DNA of 64,000 nucleotides, from positions 158,805 through 222,804 of the forward strand of contig PNAH01000004.1 in the NCBI GenBank assembly GCA_003170315.1. Reading direction: 5' to 3'. This stretch comes from Acidimicrobiaceae bacterium. GTDB taxonomy: Bacteria; Actinomycetota; Acidimicrobiia; Acidimicrobiales; RAAP-2. The notes below the pieces were generated by a model that saw only the letters and a program-made list of their open reading frames with translations, made no database searches and was not told where the DNA came from. The position numbers and the translations under genes are program-made. Below, in pieces: positions 40,067 to 49,204 of the stretch (position 1 is its first letter; each line of letters starts with the position of its first letter).

Positions 40067-40780
40067 GTGTCAACTTCGCTTAACGAGAACGATCTCGATC
40101 CGGCCCTCTTCACGGCCAACGTCACGAGTTTGACGCACTCCTTCGGTGACAACACGCGCCGAAAGATCTATCTCTATCTCCGCGAGAACCCCGGTGCCAC
40201 GGCCACCGAGCTCTCGCGACACTGCCTGGTGCACGCCAATGTGGTGCGCCATCACCTCGAGCGCCTCACCGAGTCGGGCTACGTGACGTTCGACAATGTC
40301 CACAAAACGACCGTCGGCCGACCGGCCAAGGGATACCGCGTCGTCGACGCGGGGGTCGTCATGGACGGCTCGATGCGCCGTGACGCTCTGTTGGTCGCCC
40401 TCTTGGAGATGGCGCTCGAGCGCCTCGGCCCCGAGGCGGCGGAGTCCATGTCCCACGACGTCGGCGTCGAGTACGGACGGACCCTGGCCGGGACCGTGGG
40501 CTCGGGAGAACCGAGTCCGAGCCTCAAGGCGGCCATGGAGTCCATCGCCGGGATCTTGACGGCCCACGGCTTCGCCGCTCGCGCCGAAGAGCACGACCTC
40601 GAACAGTCCGTCGTTTCGGACAACTGCCCCTTCGGCACCGCGGCCCTCCATCACCCGGTGCTGTGCGCCGTCGACCGTGGGCTCATCGCTGGCATGCTCG
40701 ATGGACTCGGTGCGGAACGTCGCAACGTGACGCTGACGTCACGCGCCCGTGGTGATGACGCCTGCCGCGTGACCGCCTAA
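40067..40780 (+). CDS. ArsR-like winged-helix regulator with Cys-containing C-terminal domain (possibly SufR-like)
   Basis: wHTH LRENPGATATELSRHCLVHANVVRHHLERLTESGYV. The C-terminal region has C-X12-C (CPFGTAALHHPVLC) plus one further Cys. GTG 40067. Confidence 0.6.
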   Translation: MSTSLNENDLDPALFTANVTSLTHSFGDNTRRKIYLYLRENPGATATELSRHCLVHANVVRHHLERLTESGYVTFDNVHKTTVGRPAKGYRVVDAGVVMDGSMRRDALLVALLEMALERLGPEAAESMSHDVGVEYGRTLAGTVGSGEPSPSLKAAMESIAGILTAHGFAARAEEHDLEQSVVSDNCPFGTAALHHPVLCAVDRGLIAGMLDGLGAERRNVTLTSRARGDDACRVTA

Positions 40781-40899
40781 CGTTTCGTCCATCGCGATCC
40801 GCGTTCGTCGGGTCGGTTCATCCTCTGAATCTCTTCGAAACCCCCGTAATCAGGAGATTTGCCGTCTGTTGCTGATTGGCACCGACCAATTCGACCGAA

Positions 40900-41631
40900 C
40901 TAGGGAGCGATCAGCCCGAGCTTTTTGAGGAAGGGTCGCGCGATGGCCATTTGGCCGACGGAGGGCTTCAACTTCAAGAACTCTTCGAACTCGGTTTTCG
41001 CGACGCGTTGATTGCCCGGCGTCGAGTCGGCGACGATGGCGAAATAGAGCCGGGGAGCCGACTGTCGCGGCGCCACGGCGATGGCCTTTGCCAGCTCGCG
41101 TATCCCGACTTCGACGACCGAAGCCTTCTTCGCGGCGCTCCCCGCCGTGAAATCGAGCCAACCACTCTGCGTGAGCGCCGTGACGTTCTTCGGATCCAGC
41201 GTGAGGACCTTCGCGTAGGCGTTGAGAGCCGTGACGTCTTGGCCGTTGGCGACGTCAACTTCGGCCTGAGTGAGTAGCCGGTCGATTGTTTGGGCGCGCG
41301 TGAGAGCGATGCCGCCGTCACCGGGGTTTCCGGCCTGACGCGGTGACGTCGCCGACAACAGGGCGTACGTCACCACGATGGCGAAGCAGACCAGCGCCAG
41401 CACCAGCCATCGGACGCGTCGCGTTCGTGCTCGCACGTTCGTCGCGTCGACGCTCGCCATCAAGGCACCGAGCTCGTTACGCGCACTCTCCAACGCAGCA
41501 CCCTCGCGCCGTTCAATCGCTTCGAACTGGTCCGAGGAGAGTTCTCCGGCGTTGCGTTCGCGCGACGCGTCGCGCAACGACGCTTCGCGGAGTCGAATCT
41601 CATCGTGCAGTTGTGCGGCGTCGCGCGTCAT
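40900..41631 (-). CDS. ccmI: CcmI/CycH-like cytochrome c maturation protein (single TM plus TPR-like periplasmic domain)
   Basis: ATG 41631 overlaps the ccmH stop (ATGA). TM segment WLVLALVCFAIVVTYALL is followed by TPR-like repeats (ALNAYAKVLTLDPKNVTALTQSGW). It is the last gene of the ccm operon. Confidence 0.6.
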   Translation of the reverse strand: MTRDAAQLHDEIRLREASLRDASRERNAGELSSDQFEAIERREGAALESARNELGALMASVDATNVRARTRRVRWLVLALVCFAIVVTYALLSATSPRQAGNPGDGGIALTRAQTIDRLLTQAEVDVANGQDVTALNAYAKVLTLDPKNVTALTQSGWLDFTAGSAAKKASVVEVGIRELAKAIAVAPRQSAPRLYFAIVADSTPGNQRVAKTEFEEFLKLKPSVGQMAIARPFLKKLGLIAP

Positions 41632-42011
41632 CGTCGTCTCATCAAACGCACGGCCGCGACGGCAAGCGCCAACAGCGCGCCGAGAGGCACGAGCCAGAGC
41701 AGCACTCCGAGTCCGGAGGTCGAAGGACTGAGCAGGATCGACGTGCCGTAGGTGGCTTCCAACGACGTAAGGATCTTGTTGTCGGACTGGCCTTCTCGCA
41801 CCCGACGCGCGATGTCGTGACGCACGGCGATCGACGAGGTGGCGTTGCTCTGGGCGACCGACAAGTCGTCGCAGGCCGGGCACTTCACCAGCGTCTCCAG
41901 GTGGGCAATGCGTCCTTGGGTCGACGCCGAGCTCGGCGCTTCGAGCAGCGCGACGGCGAGGACGCAAAGGAACGCCAGGGACCACAGCCGAAAGGACTTC
42001 ACGACGTTCAC
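41628..42011 (-). CDS. ccmH: Cytochrome c-type biogenesis protein CcmH
   Basis: Signal/TM segment, then the VKCPACDDLSVAQSNA redox motif (CPxC) and a C-terminal TM. Confidence 0.8.
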   Translation of the reverse strand: MNVVKSFRLWSLAFLCVLAVALLEAPSSASTQGRIAHLETLVKCPACDDLSVAQSNATSSIAVRHDIARRVREGQSDNKILTSLEATYGTSILLSPSTSGLGVLLWLVPLGALLALAVAAVRLMRRR

Positions 42012-42538
42012 GAGGACACCCTCGCCACCACGGCCGCCAACTGTCTGGCCGTGGTGGCCCCGAGGAGCGTCGCCGCGACACGACCTTGGCGATCGATCAC
42101 GATCGTGGTCGGGGGCGAGGTGACGCCGTAACTGTTCGCGATGATGCCCTCGGGGTCGATGATCGAGGGATAGAGCGATCCGTAGTGCGCCGCAAAGGCC
42201 GTCGCCGACGAGACCGTGTCATTGAAGACAACGCCTACCATGACGACGCCGTCGGGGCGGACGTGCCAGGCGTAGGTCGAAAGTTCCGGGGCCTCTTGGA
42301 TGCAGGGCCCGCACCACGACGCCCAGAAGTTGACGATCACGATTTTTCCACGTTCGTTCCGCAGCGAGAACGTGCCGCCACCCAGCTCGTGTCCCTTCAT
42401 CGAGGGCGCGAGTTTGCCCAGCAGCGGGCTCGGCGCCACGGTCGCCGGACCGACCGGATGGCGGGTCGCGAGGAACCCCGAGAGGGCGATCACGATCGCC
42501 AGTACCGCCAGCGAGATGATGGTCACCGTGCGCTTCAC
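42008..42538 (-). CDS. ccmG: Thiol:disulfide oxidoreductase CcmG/DsbE (TlpA-like thioredoxin fold)
   Basis: N-terminal TM, WASWCGPC active site and a GVTSPPTTIVID region. GTGA overlaps on both sides. Confidence 0.85.
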   Translation of the reverse strand: MKRTVTIISLAVLAIVIALSGFLATRHPVGPATVAPSPLLGKLAPSMKGHELGGGTFSLRNERGKIVIVNFWASWCGPCIQEAPELSTYAWHVRPDGVVMVGVVFNDTVSSATAFAAHYGSLYPSIIDPEGIIANSYGVTSPPTTIVIDRQGRVAATLLGATTARQLAAVVARVSS

Positions 42539-44499
42539 GCGTCCACCTCATCCCCGTGACGTCGTCGCACGAAGGACAACGCCGATCCGACCCCGAGCAG
42601 CAGTCCCCCGATCCAGAGCCACGCGAGTAGGGGCTCGACGGTGACGCCGAGCACGACCGATCCGGCCGGGAGGTCGCCCTCGACCTGAGCCCCGGAGGCC
42701 GCTCCATTGCCGCCCACGGCGTCGAAGGTCACGTAGACGTCGCGCGCGAGGTTGGAGTCGATGGCCGGGGTCCCGACCGGTTGCGTGCTTCGCCCGTGGT
42801 AGGTCGTGATGGCGGGAAGCAGCGCGTGGTGATCGACGTCGACGCGCAACTGCGTCGCGGTCTCGAGTGAGTCCTTCACCGTGTGAAAGCCGCGGAACGT
42901 GACGAACTGACCGGAGACGACCGTGCTCTGTCCCGTAGCCAGGGTCACTTCGCTACGCGTCGTGTACGACGTCGAGGTCACGATCGCCAGCGCCATCACG
43001 ACGACCCCAAGATGCACGACCATGCCCCCGGCGCTCGGCCCGCGAAGCGCGTCGTACCATCGCTGACTGCGTCGCCGAGCTGCGACGAACGCGCCCCGGA
43101 GCGTGCGCAGCGCCGCTCCGGCGGCGGCCGTCGCCAGAAAGTACGCCAGCAGCACCAGGGGACGACGCACGCCGGAGAGAATCAACGCGACCACGACGAA
43201 GAGCGACGTCCACGCGCTGAAGCGAACCCGCGACCACAACACGCTCGCGTCGAGGGTGCGCCAGCCCACCAAAGGGGCGAGTGACATCAACACGAGCAAC
43301 ACGATGCTCATCGGCACCGCCACCGTGGCGAAGTACGGCGTGCCGACCGTCACCTGACCGCCGTTGACGGCTTCGTAGAGCAGCGGGAAGACCGTGCCGA
43401 GCAGCACGACGACCGCGAAGCCGACGAAGAGCACGTTGTTGGCGATGAAGAGGCCCTCTTTCGAGAGGGGATGATCCACGCCCACTGGCGATCGCAGTCG
43501 ATCACCGCGCCAGGCGAGTAGCCCCACGCCGAGCGCGACGGTGACGAAGAAGAAACCGATCAAGAGCGGACCGAGGGTGCTCGAGGAGAAGGCGTGGACG
43601 CTCTGCAAGACGCCCGAGCGCGTGAAGAACGTCCCGAGAATGGTGAGTGAGAACGTGGCGATCGCCAGCGAGAGGTTCCAGACTCGAAAGAGTCCGCGAC
43701 GGTCCTGCACGATGACCGAATGGATGTACGCCGTCGCGGTGAGCCACGGCAGAAGCGCGGCGTTCTCGACCGGGTCCCAGCCCCAGAAGCCGCCCCAGCC
43801 GAGCACTTGATAACTCCACCACGCCCCCAACACGATGCCGACCGACAAGACGCCCCAGGCGAGCACCGTCCAGCGGCGCTGCTCCAAGGGCCAGCGGTCG
43901 TGGACGCGACCGGTGATCAGCATCGCGATCGCGAAGGCGAAGGGCACGGTGAAGCCGACGAAGCCCATGTAGAGCAATGGCGGGTGAATCGCGACCAATG
44001 GATTGTCCTGCAAGAGTGCGTTCGGTCCGGCACCCTGCAACACCTTCGCGCCGTTATGGATGAACGGGTCGGCCGGTCCGCACATGAGTCCCAAGAAGAA
44101 CGCGCTGACGCCGAAGAGCGCGACGGTGGCCCACGAGACCACCGGGTCCTCGGCGCGACGTCGGTAGTAGCGCAGCACCACCACGATGAGGACGCACAGC
44201 AACAGGGACCACAGCAACAGGGACCCCTCAAGGGCCGACCACATCCCGGTGATCGAATAGAGCAGCGGCGTGAAGGTCGCGTTGTTCTCCGATACGTAGG
44301 CCAGTGAGAAGTCGTGGGTGATGAGCGCGAACTGCATCACCGCGACGGCACCCACGATGCCGGCCAGCGACACCAGCGCCCAACGAACGGAGCGTGACGG
44401 TCGCTTCGTTCGAAGCGCGATCACTTGATGGACGACGCCGCCGAGTGTCGCGAGGAAGGCGACGTAGAGCGCGACGCGTCCGAGCCACGTGAGAGTCAT
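42535..44499 (-). CDS. ccmF: Cytochrome c heme lyase subunit CcmF
   Basis: 654-aa polytopic protein with the WWD motif WGGFWGWDPVENAALLPW. Confidence 0.9.
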   Translation of the reverse strand: MTLTWLGRVALYVAFLATLGGVVHQVIALRTKRPSRSVRWALVSLAGIVGAVAVMQFALITHDFSLAYVSENNATFTPLLYSITGMWSALEGSLLLWSLLLCVLIVVVLRYYRRRAEDPVVSWATVALFGVSAFFLGLMCGPADPFIHNGAKVLQGAGPNALLQDNPLVAIHPPLLYMGFVGFTVPFAFAIAMLITGRVHDRWPLEQRRWTVLAWGVLSVGIVLGAWWSYQVLGWGGFWGWDPVENAALLPWLTATAYIHSVIVQDRRGLFRVWNLSLAIATFSLTILGTFFTRSGVLQSVHAFSSSTLGPLLIGFFFVTVALGVGLLAWRGDRLRSPVGVDHPLSKEGLFIANNVLFVGFAVVVLLGTVFPLLYEAVNGGQVTVGTPYFATVAVPMSIVLLVLMSLAPLVGWRTLDASVLWSRVRFSAWTSLFVVVALILSGVRRPLVLLAYFLATAAAGAALRTLRGAFVAARRRSQRWYDALRGPSAGGMVVHLGVVVMALAIVTSTSYTTRSEVTLATGQSTVVSGQFVTFRGFHTVKDSLETATQLRVDVDHHALLPAITTYHGRSTQPVGTPAIDSNLARDVYVTFDAVGGNGAASGAQVEGDLPAGSVVLGVTVEPLLAWLWIGGLLLGVGSALSFVRRRHGDEVDA

Positions 44500-44975
44500 C
44501 GCACGCTGCCGTTGGGCGCCTTCACCCGTTTCGGGTGTTGGGCGATGTACGTCGCGGTGTGCTTTACGAGAATCTGCGTGCCGTCGAACGTCGTGGAGTG
44601 TCGCGTGGTGAAGTGTCCTTCGACGACCACGGGGATGTCGGCCTGGAACAGCTGCGGCGGCGTCCCGTGACTGATCACGTAGACCTCGTGAGCGCCCGAT
44701 CCGGTCATCCAGAACGAGGCCCCTCGTGACGTACGCGTGATGGTGTGAGGCTTCACGACGCCTTCGAGTCGAATCGTCGTCGTACCGATCTTGGCCCGAC
44801 TGGCCAAGGCCTGGTCGACCGTGTCGAAGTAGTTCAAGGAGTGCAACAGGCCCTGACTGAGCAGCGCCACAATCGCAATCACCAGCACGACCAACATGCC
44901 GATGCTTCGACGTCGACTGGAGCTCTTCGACCTCGGCGGCGCGACGGGAGTGAGGTCGAGGTTCGTCTCAGTCAA
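44496..44975 (-). CDS. ccmE: Heme chaperone CcmE
   Basis: Basic N-terminus plus TM, then an OB-fold domain ending in the heme-binding LVKHTATY (HxxxY). The TTG 44975 start overlaps the ccmD stop. ATG 44897 is the alternative. Confidence 0.8.
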   Translation of the reverse strand: MTETNLDLTPVAPPRSKSSSRRRSIGMLVVLVIAIVALLSQGLLHSLNYFDTVDQALASRAKIGTTTIRLEGVVKPHTITRTSRGASFWMTGSGAHEVYVISHGTPPQLFQADIPVVVEGHFTTRHSTTFDGTQILVKHTATYIAQHPKRVKAPNGSVR

Positions 44976-45060
44976 GGTTTCGCCCTCGCCACCAGATAGA
45001 CAGCGCGTAGAGCGCCAGCCCCCCAAAGGCGAAGGAATAACCGGCGGTGACGTAGTCCAC
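44968..45060 (-). CDS. ccmD: Heme exporter protein CcmD (30 codons; not in the supplied ORF track)
   Basis: The GTG 45060 start shares 1 nt with the ccmC stop (TAGTG). It encodes [30 protein letters not shown], a single TM plus a basic tail, in the canonical position between ccmC and ccmE. Confidence 0.6.
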   Translation of the reverse strand: MDYVTAGYSFAFGGLALYALSIWWRGRNLD

Positions 45061-45779
45061 TAGTGCACACCTTCGGCGCGACGTCGTTCCAACGCGACTT
45101 CGAGCGTTTCGAAACTCGAGAGTTCGCGCTTCACTTCCAGTTGGTAGCGCGCGCGGAGTAACCACCCGTAGGCGAGCGAGAAGGCGACGAAGCTGAGCAG
45201 CAGCGTCCAGAGCATGCTGCCGTGGACCTTGAACTGACGGTTCGGTCCGAGCAGCGTCGCGCCCTGATGCAGCGTGTGCCACCACTGCACGGAGAAGTGG
45301 TCGATGGGCACGTTGATCGCCGCGATGATGGCGAAGACCGCGCTTCGTCGAGCGCGCAGTTCGAAGTCGTCGTTGGCCCGACGAAGCGCCAAGTAACCCA
45401 GCGCGAAGACGCCGAGGATCGCCGTCGAGGTGAGACGCGCGTCCCAGGCCCACCACACGCCCCAGGCCGGTCGTCCCCAGATCGATCCGGTGATGAGCGT
45501 GAGGATGATGAAGACGAGGCTCACCTCCACGGCACAGTGCGCGATGCGGTCCATCACGATCGAGCGCGTTCGTCGCCACAAATACAGCGCGCTGGCGATG
45601 GTCGCCGTGCCGAAGGAGAGGTACAGCGCCACCGTGGCGATGGCCGGGTGCACGTAGAGCAGGCGCGCGAGGTTGCCCTGGACCTTGTCCGGGGGCGTGA
45701 CCCAGATGCCCAACCAAATGGTGAGGGCCAAGGTGACAATCGTCGCCGGTCCTAGTAGTCGTTGGCTGAGCTCTTTCAT
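45060..45779 (-). CDS. ccmC: Heme exporter protein CcmC
   Basis: WWD motif [19 protein letters not shown] 45779 shares 1 nt with the ccmB stop (TGATG). Confidence 0.9.
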   Translation of the reverse strand: MKELSQRLLGPATIVTLALTIWLGIWVTPPDKVQGNLARLLYVHPAIATVALYLSFGTATIASALYLWRRTRSIVMDRIAHCAVEVSLVFIILTLITGSIWGRPAWGVWWAWDARLTSTAILGVFALGYLALRRANDDFELRARRSAVFAIIAAINVPIDHFSVQWWHTLHQGATLLGPNRQFKVHGSMLWTLLLSFVAFSLAYGWLLRARYQLEVKRELSSFETLEVALERRRAEGVH

Positions 45780-46438
45780 CACGATTCCTCGAGAACACCG
45801 TAAAGGAGAATCCCTAGGGCGAGGTAGACAGCCAGCGCCACCACCGAGATGATCCACCACTCCAACAGAGCTCCCCCGTGCAGGGCCGAAGTGAAGGAAC
45901 GTTCCCCGGCGATGAGTAGCGGCGCGAAAGCCGGCAGGCTGAGGACGGGCAGCAGCGTCGCGGCGGCGTTCGCGCCGCTCGTAAGGGCCCCGTAGAGCGT
46001 TCCCGCGGTCGCGATGGCGCCCAGGGTGACGACGATGCTGGGTACGGCCGCCAGGGTGCCGTGCAGGGCCGTGTGCAAGACCACCACGCTCCCCGCGAGC
46101 AATACGAGGGCGGTCAGCCAGAGCTCGATCGCGAGCGCCGCGGCCTTGCCCAAAAAGACCCCCGCGGGGTCCAGTCCGAGGGTGGCCACCGACGCCCGGG
46201 TGCCGGCCGTCGCCTCGATCGCGTGGCTGCGATTGATCATCAGCAGAGCGACGAGGACGATAACCAAATAGAACAGGCCGGGCGCGGCCGTCGAGTGTCC
46301 GGCCTGATTGGGCCCGAGTGCCAGGTCACTCAACAAAAGCGCCATGACGCCAAAGGGGACGACCTGCCAGAGCAAGACGCGACTTCGTCGCTCGACGCGC
46401 AGGTCCTTGCCCGCGACGAGCAAGGCCACACGAATCAC
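45779..46438 (-). CDS. ccmB: Heme exporter permease CcmB
   Basis: 219-aa six-TM protein between ccmA and ccmC. GTGA overlap with ccmA. Confidence 0.85.
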   Translation of the reverse strand: MIRVALLVAGKDLRVERRSRVLLWQVVPFGVMALLLSDLALGPNQAGHSTAAPGLFYLVIVLVALLMINRSHAIEATAGTRASVATLGLDPAGVFLGKAAALAIELWLTALVLLAGSVVVLHTALHGTLAAVPSIVVTLGAIATAGTLYGALTSGANAAATLLPVLSLPAFAPLLIAGERSFTSALHGGALLEWWIISVVALAVYLALGILLYGVLEES

Positions 46439-47091
46439 GACTCCCCCACGATCCGACCGCCGGACATCAGAAGCGTTCGCGGACGAAGTTGCGCGCTGCG
46501 CAGCGGATCGTGCGCGCTGACGACGACCGTGGCGCCGCGCTCCACGACCTCACCCAGCAGCGCGTCAAAAAAGGTGCGGCCGTCGTCGTCGAGTGAGGCG
46601 TAGGGCTCATCTAGCAGCCACAGTTCGGGACGGCGAAGCAACAGCCAGGCCAAGCCGAGACGTCGACGTTGACCGGCTGAGAGCTGCTTGGCGATGGTGT
46701 CGCGGCGCCCGCTGAGATCCACTCGATCCAATACGGTCGCCAGTTCGTCGAGTGGGCGCCCGAGCGCCTTCGCGGCGAAGGTCAGATTTTCGCTCGCCGT
46801 GAGGTCGTCGTAGAAGGAGCCTTCGTGGCCGAGCCAGCCGACGCGACGTCGGAGTTGGCGCCGATCAACGGTCGCGAGATCGAGACCGAGGACCGAGCCC
46901 TCGCCCGCGCTGAGCCCGATCAAACCGGCGAGGAGACGCAAGAGGCTCGTTTTGCCCGCGCCGTTCGCGCCGACCAGCACGGTGAGCGAGGACGAGGAGA
47001 GCTCCAGGTCGACGCCGCTCAGAAGTGGAAAACCACTGGCCATCGAGACGGCGCCCCGCAAGACGACCGACGTACTGTCGAGTGCCGTCAC
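46435..47091 (-). CDS. ccmA: Heme exporter ATP-binding protein CcmA
   Basis: Walker A GANGAGKTS, signature LSAGQRRRLGLA, Walker B LWLLDEP. GTG 47091. Confidence 0.9.
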   Translation of the reverse strand: MTALDSTSVVLRGAVSMASGFPLLSGVDLELSSSSLTVLVGANGAGKTSLLRLLAGLIGLSAGEGSVLGLDLATVDRRQLRRRVGWLGHEGSFYDDLTASENLTFAAKALGRPLDELATVLDRVDLSGRRDTIAKQLSAGQRRRLGLAWLLLRRPELWLLDEPYASLDDDGRTFFDALLGEVVERGATVVVSAHDPLRSAQLRPRTLLMSGGRIVGES

Positions 47092-47095
47092 GGGC

Positions 47096-48058
47096 CTACC
47101 GGGCCAGGGCGTCGATGTCCGCGGCCACCATCATCTCCACCAGGGCGTAGAAGTCGACTTCGCACTTCCAACCCAACTGCTCGTGCGCCTTAGTGGCGTC
47201 GCCGACCAACAGGTCCACTTCGGCCGGCCGGATGAACTTGGGATCGACCACGACGTGGTCCTCGTAGTTCAGCCCGGCGGCGTGAAAGGCCACTTCACAG
47301 AGCTCGCGTACCGAGTGCGTTTGGCCGGAAGCCACGACGAAATCGTCGGGGGTGTCGCGCTGGAGCATCGCCCACATCGCGCACACGTAGTCGGCGGCGT
47401 AGCCCCAGTCGCGGTGCGCGTCGAGATTCCCGAGGTGCAACGAACTGTCGAGGCCGGCCTTGATACGAGCCGCGCCGTGGGTGATCTTTCGCGTGACGAA
47501 CTCGAGTCCGCGGCGCGGCGACTCGTGGTTGAAGAGAATCCCCGACGACGCGTGCAGGCCGTAACTCTCGCGGTAGTTCACGGTGATCCAGTGGCCGTAG
47601 ACCTTCGCGACCCCGTAGGGGCTTCGGGGATAGAACGCAGTGTTCTCATCTTGGGGCACCGTTCGAACGCGACCGAACATCTCGGATGAACTGGCCTGGT
47701 AGAAGCGGATGGTCGGGTCGACGATGCGAATGGCGTCGAGGAGCCTGGTGACGCCGAGCGCCGTGATCTCGCCCGTCAGCACCGGCTGCGTCCACGAGGT
47801 CTGCACGAAACTCTGGGCGGCGAGGTTGTAGACCTCGTCCGGGTGAAAGTCACGCAGCACGTTGATCATCGACACCTCGTCCACGAGGTCGCCGGAGACC
47901 AGAGTGATCTGGTCCTGGATATGGCTGATTCGCTCGATGGTGAGCGTGGAGCTGCGTCGAATGAGACCGATGACCTCGTAACCCTTGGAGAGCAGCAGCT
48001 CGGCCAGGTAGGAGCCGTCCTGGCCCGTGATACCGGTAATTAGTGCTCGTTGGGCCAC
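47096..48058 (-). CDS. gmd: GDP-mannose 4,6-dehydratase
   Basis: [26 protein letters not shown] and YGVAKVYG motifs. GTG 48058 lies 7 nt after GGAGG. The 160-codon upstream extension of the track ORF is rejected. Confidence 0.9.
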   Translation of the reverse strand: MAQRALITGITGQDGSYLAELLLSKGYEVIGLIRRSSTLTIERISHIQDQITLVSGDLVDEVSMINVLRDFHPDEVYNLAAQSFVQTSWTQPVLTGEITALGVTRLLDAIRIVDPTIRFYQASSSEMFGRVRTVPQDENTAFYPRSPYGVAKVYGHWITVNYRESYGLHASSGILFNHESPRRGLEFVTRKITHGAARIKAGLDSSLHLGNLDAHRDWGYAADYVCAMWAMLQRDTPDDFVVASGQTHSVRELCEVAFHAAGLNYEDHVVVDPKFIRPAEVDLLVGDATKAHEQLGWKCEVDFYALVEMMVAADIDALAR

Positions 48059-48157
48059 CGACAGTCCTCCAGAAAGGGCGCCGACCAACGGTCCGCACCG
48101 AAAGAACACCCTACTACTGGTCGCAATTCTGACTCCGAGCCTGCCTAGCCTTAAGCG

Positions 48158-49183
48158 GTGGCTCGGATAGTCCTCGTCAGCTTTCGACTCGGCGGAACCG
48201 ACGGCGTGGCCATCGAATCGGCGAAATGGATCGCCGCCCTTCGAACGCTCGGCCACAGCGTTCGAACCGTCGCCGGTGATGGCGTGGCCGACCTCATCAT
48301 TCCGAGCCTGGCGATTGAAGCCACGATGACTACCTCGATGCAGGAGTTGGAAGAGGCCTTCGCCAACGCCGACCTCGTCATCGTCGAGAACCTCGCTTCG
48401 CTGCCGCTCAACCTTGACGCGCGCGAAGTCCTTTACCAGGTGCTGAAAGGTCGGCCGGCGCTCTTTCATCACCACGACCTGCCGTGGCAGCGCCCTCATC
48501 TCGCGCACCTCGAGGGACCGCGCGATGAGCCGCTCTGGCGTCACGTCACCATCAACGAACTCTCGCGTGGAGAACTCCGTGAGCGCGGCATCGAGGCCGT
48601 CACCCTCATGAACTCCTTCGACTGCGATCCGGCGCGGGGCCGACGGGACTCGACTCGGTTGGCGCTCGACGTCGATAGGCGCACGCTCGTACTCATGCCG
48701 TCACGAGCATTGCTCCGCAAGAACGTTGCGGGCGCTCTCGACTTGTGCGAGGCCCTCGGCGCCGTCTTCTGGCTCCTCGGACCGGCCGAGGACGGCTACG
48801 AATCACCACTCGAAGCGTTAATCGAGTCGGCCAGCGTCGAAGTGGGACGGGGACTGCCCGAGGGCTTCGACGTGAACGACGCCTACGCGGCTTGCGACCT
48901 GGTGGTGATGTCTTCGACGTGGGAGGGCTTCGGCAACCCGGTGTTGGAATCGGTGACGCATCGTCGCCCACTCGCTCTGCACCCGTATCCCGTCGCGTGC
49001 GAAATCATCGACTTCGGATTCCGGTTCTTCGACCTCGGCGACGTCGTGGCCATCAAGTCGTTCCTCGAACACCCGAACGACGAGCTGTACGCGCACAACC
49101 TCTCCATCGCGCGGGAACACTTCAACATTGCGTCCCTGCCCACGCGCTTGAGCGAACTTCTCAATTCAATGTCTATCCACTAG
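48158..49183 (+). CDS. GT-B fold glycosyltransferase (family 4-like)
   Basis: C-terminal [11 protein letters not shown] (EX7E-type) motif. 341 aa. GTG 48158. Confidence 0.75.
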   Translation: MARIVLVSFRLGGTDGVAIESAKWIAALRTLGHSVRTVAGDGVADLIIPSLAIEATMTTSMQELEEAFANADLVIVENLASLPLNLDAREVLYQVLKGRPALFHHHDLPWQRPHLAHLEGPRDEPLWRHVTINELSRGELRERGIEAVTLMNSFDCDPARGRRDSTRLALDVDRRTLVLMPSRALLRKNVAGALDLCEALGAVFWLLGPAEDGYESPLEALIESASVEVGRGLPEGFDVNDAYAACDLVVMSSTWEGFGNPVLESVTHRRPLALHPYPVACEIIDFGFRFFDLGDVVAIKSFLEHPNDELYAHNLSIAREHFNIASLPTRLSELLNSMSIH

Positions 49184-49204
49184 CGCCAACTATCCTCTAG
49201 CCCT

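Noticed and set aside
41632-42081. Upstream part of the 393-aa ORF 40900-42081, which would make a much longer CcmI
   Set aside because: That part is Arg/Pro-rich and overlaps ccmH and ccmG in another frame. ATG 41631 forms an ATGA junction with the ccmH stop.
48059-48544. 160-codon N-terminal extension of the gmd ORF
   Set aside because: It overlaps the divergent glycosyltransferase gene. GTG 48058 with GGAGG 7 nt upstream starts exactly at the Rossmann motif region ([14 protein letters not shown]).
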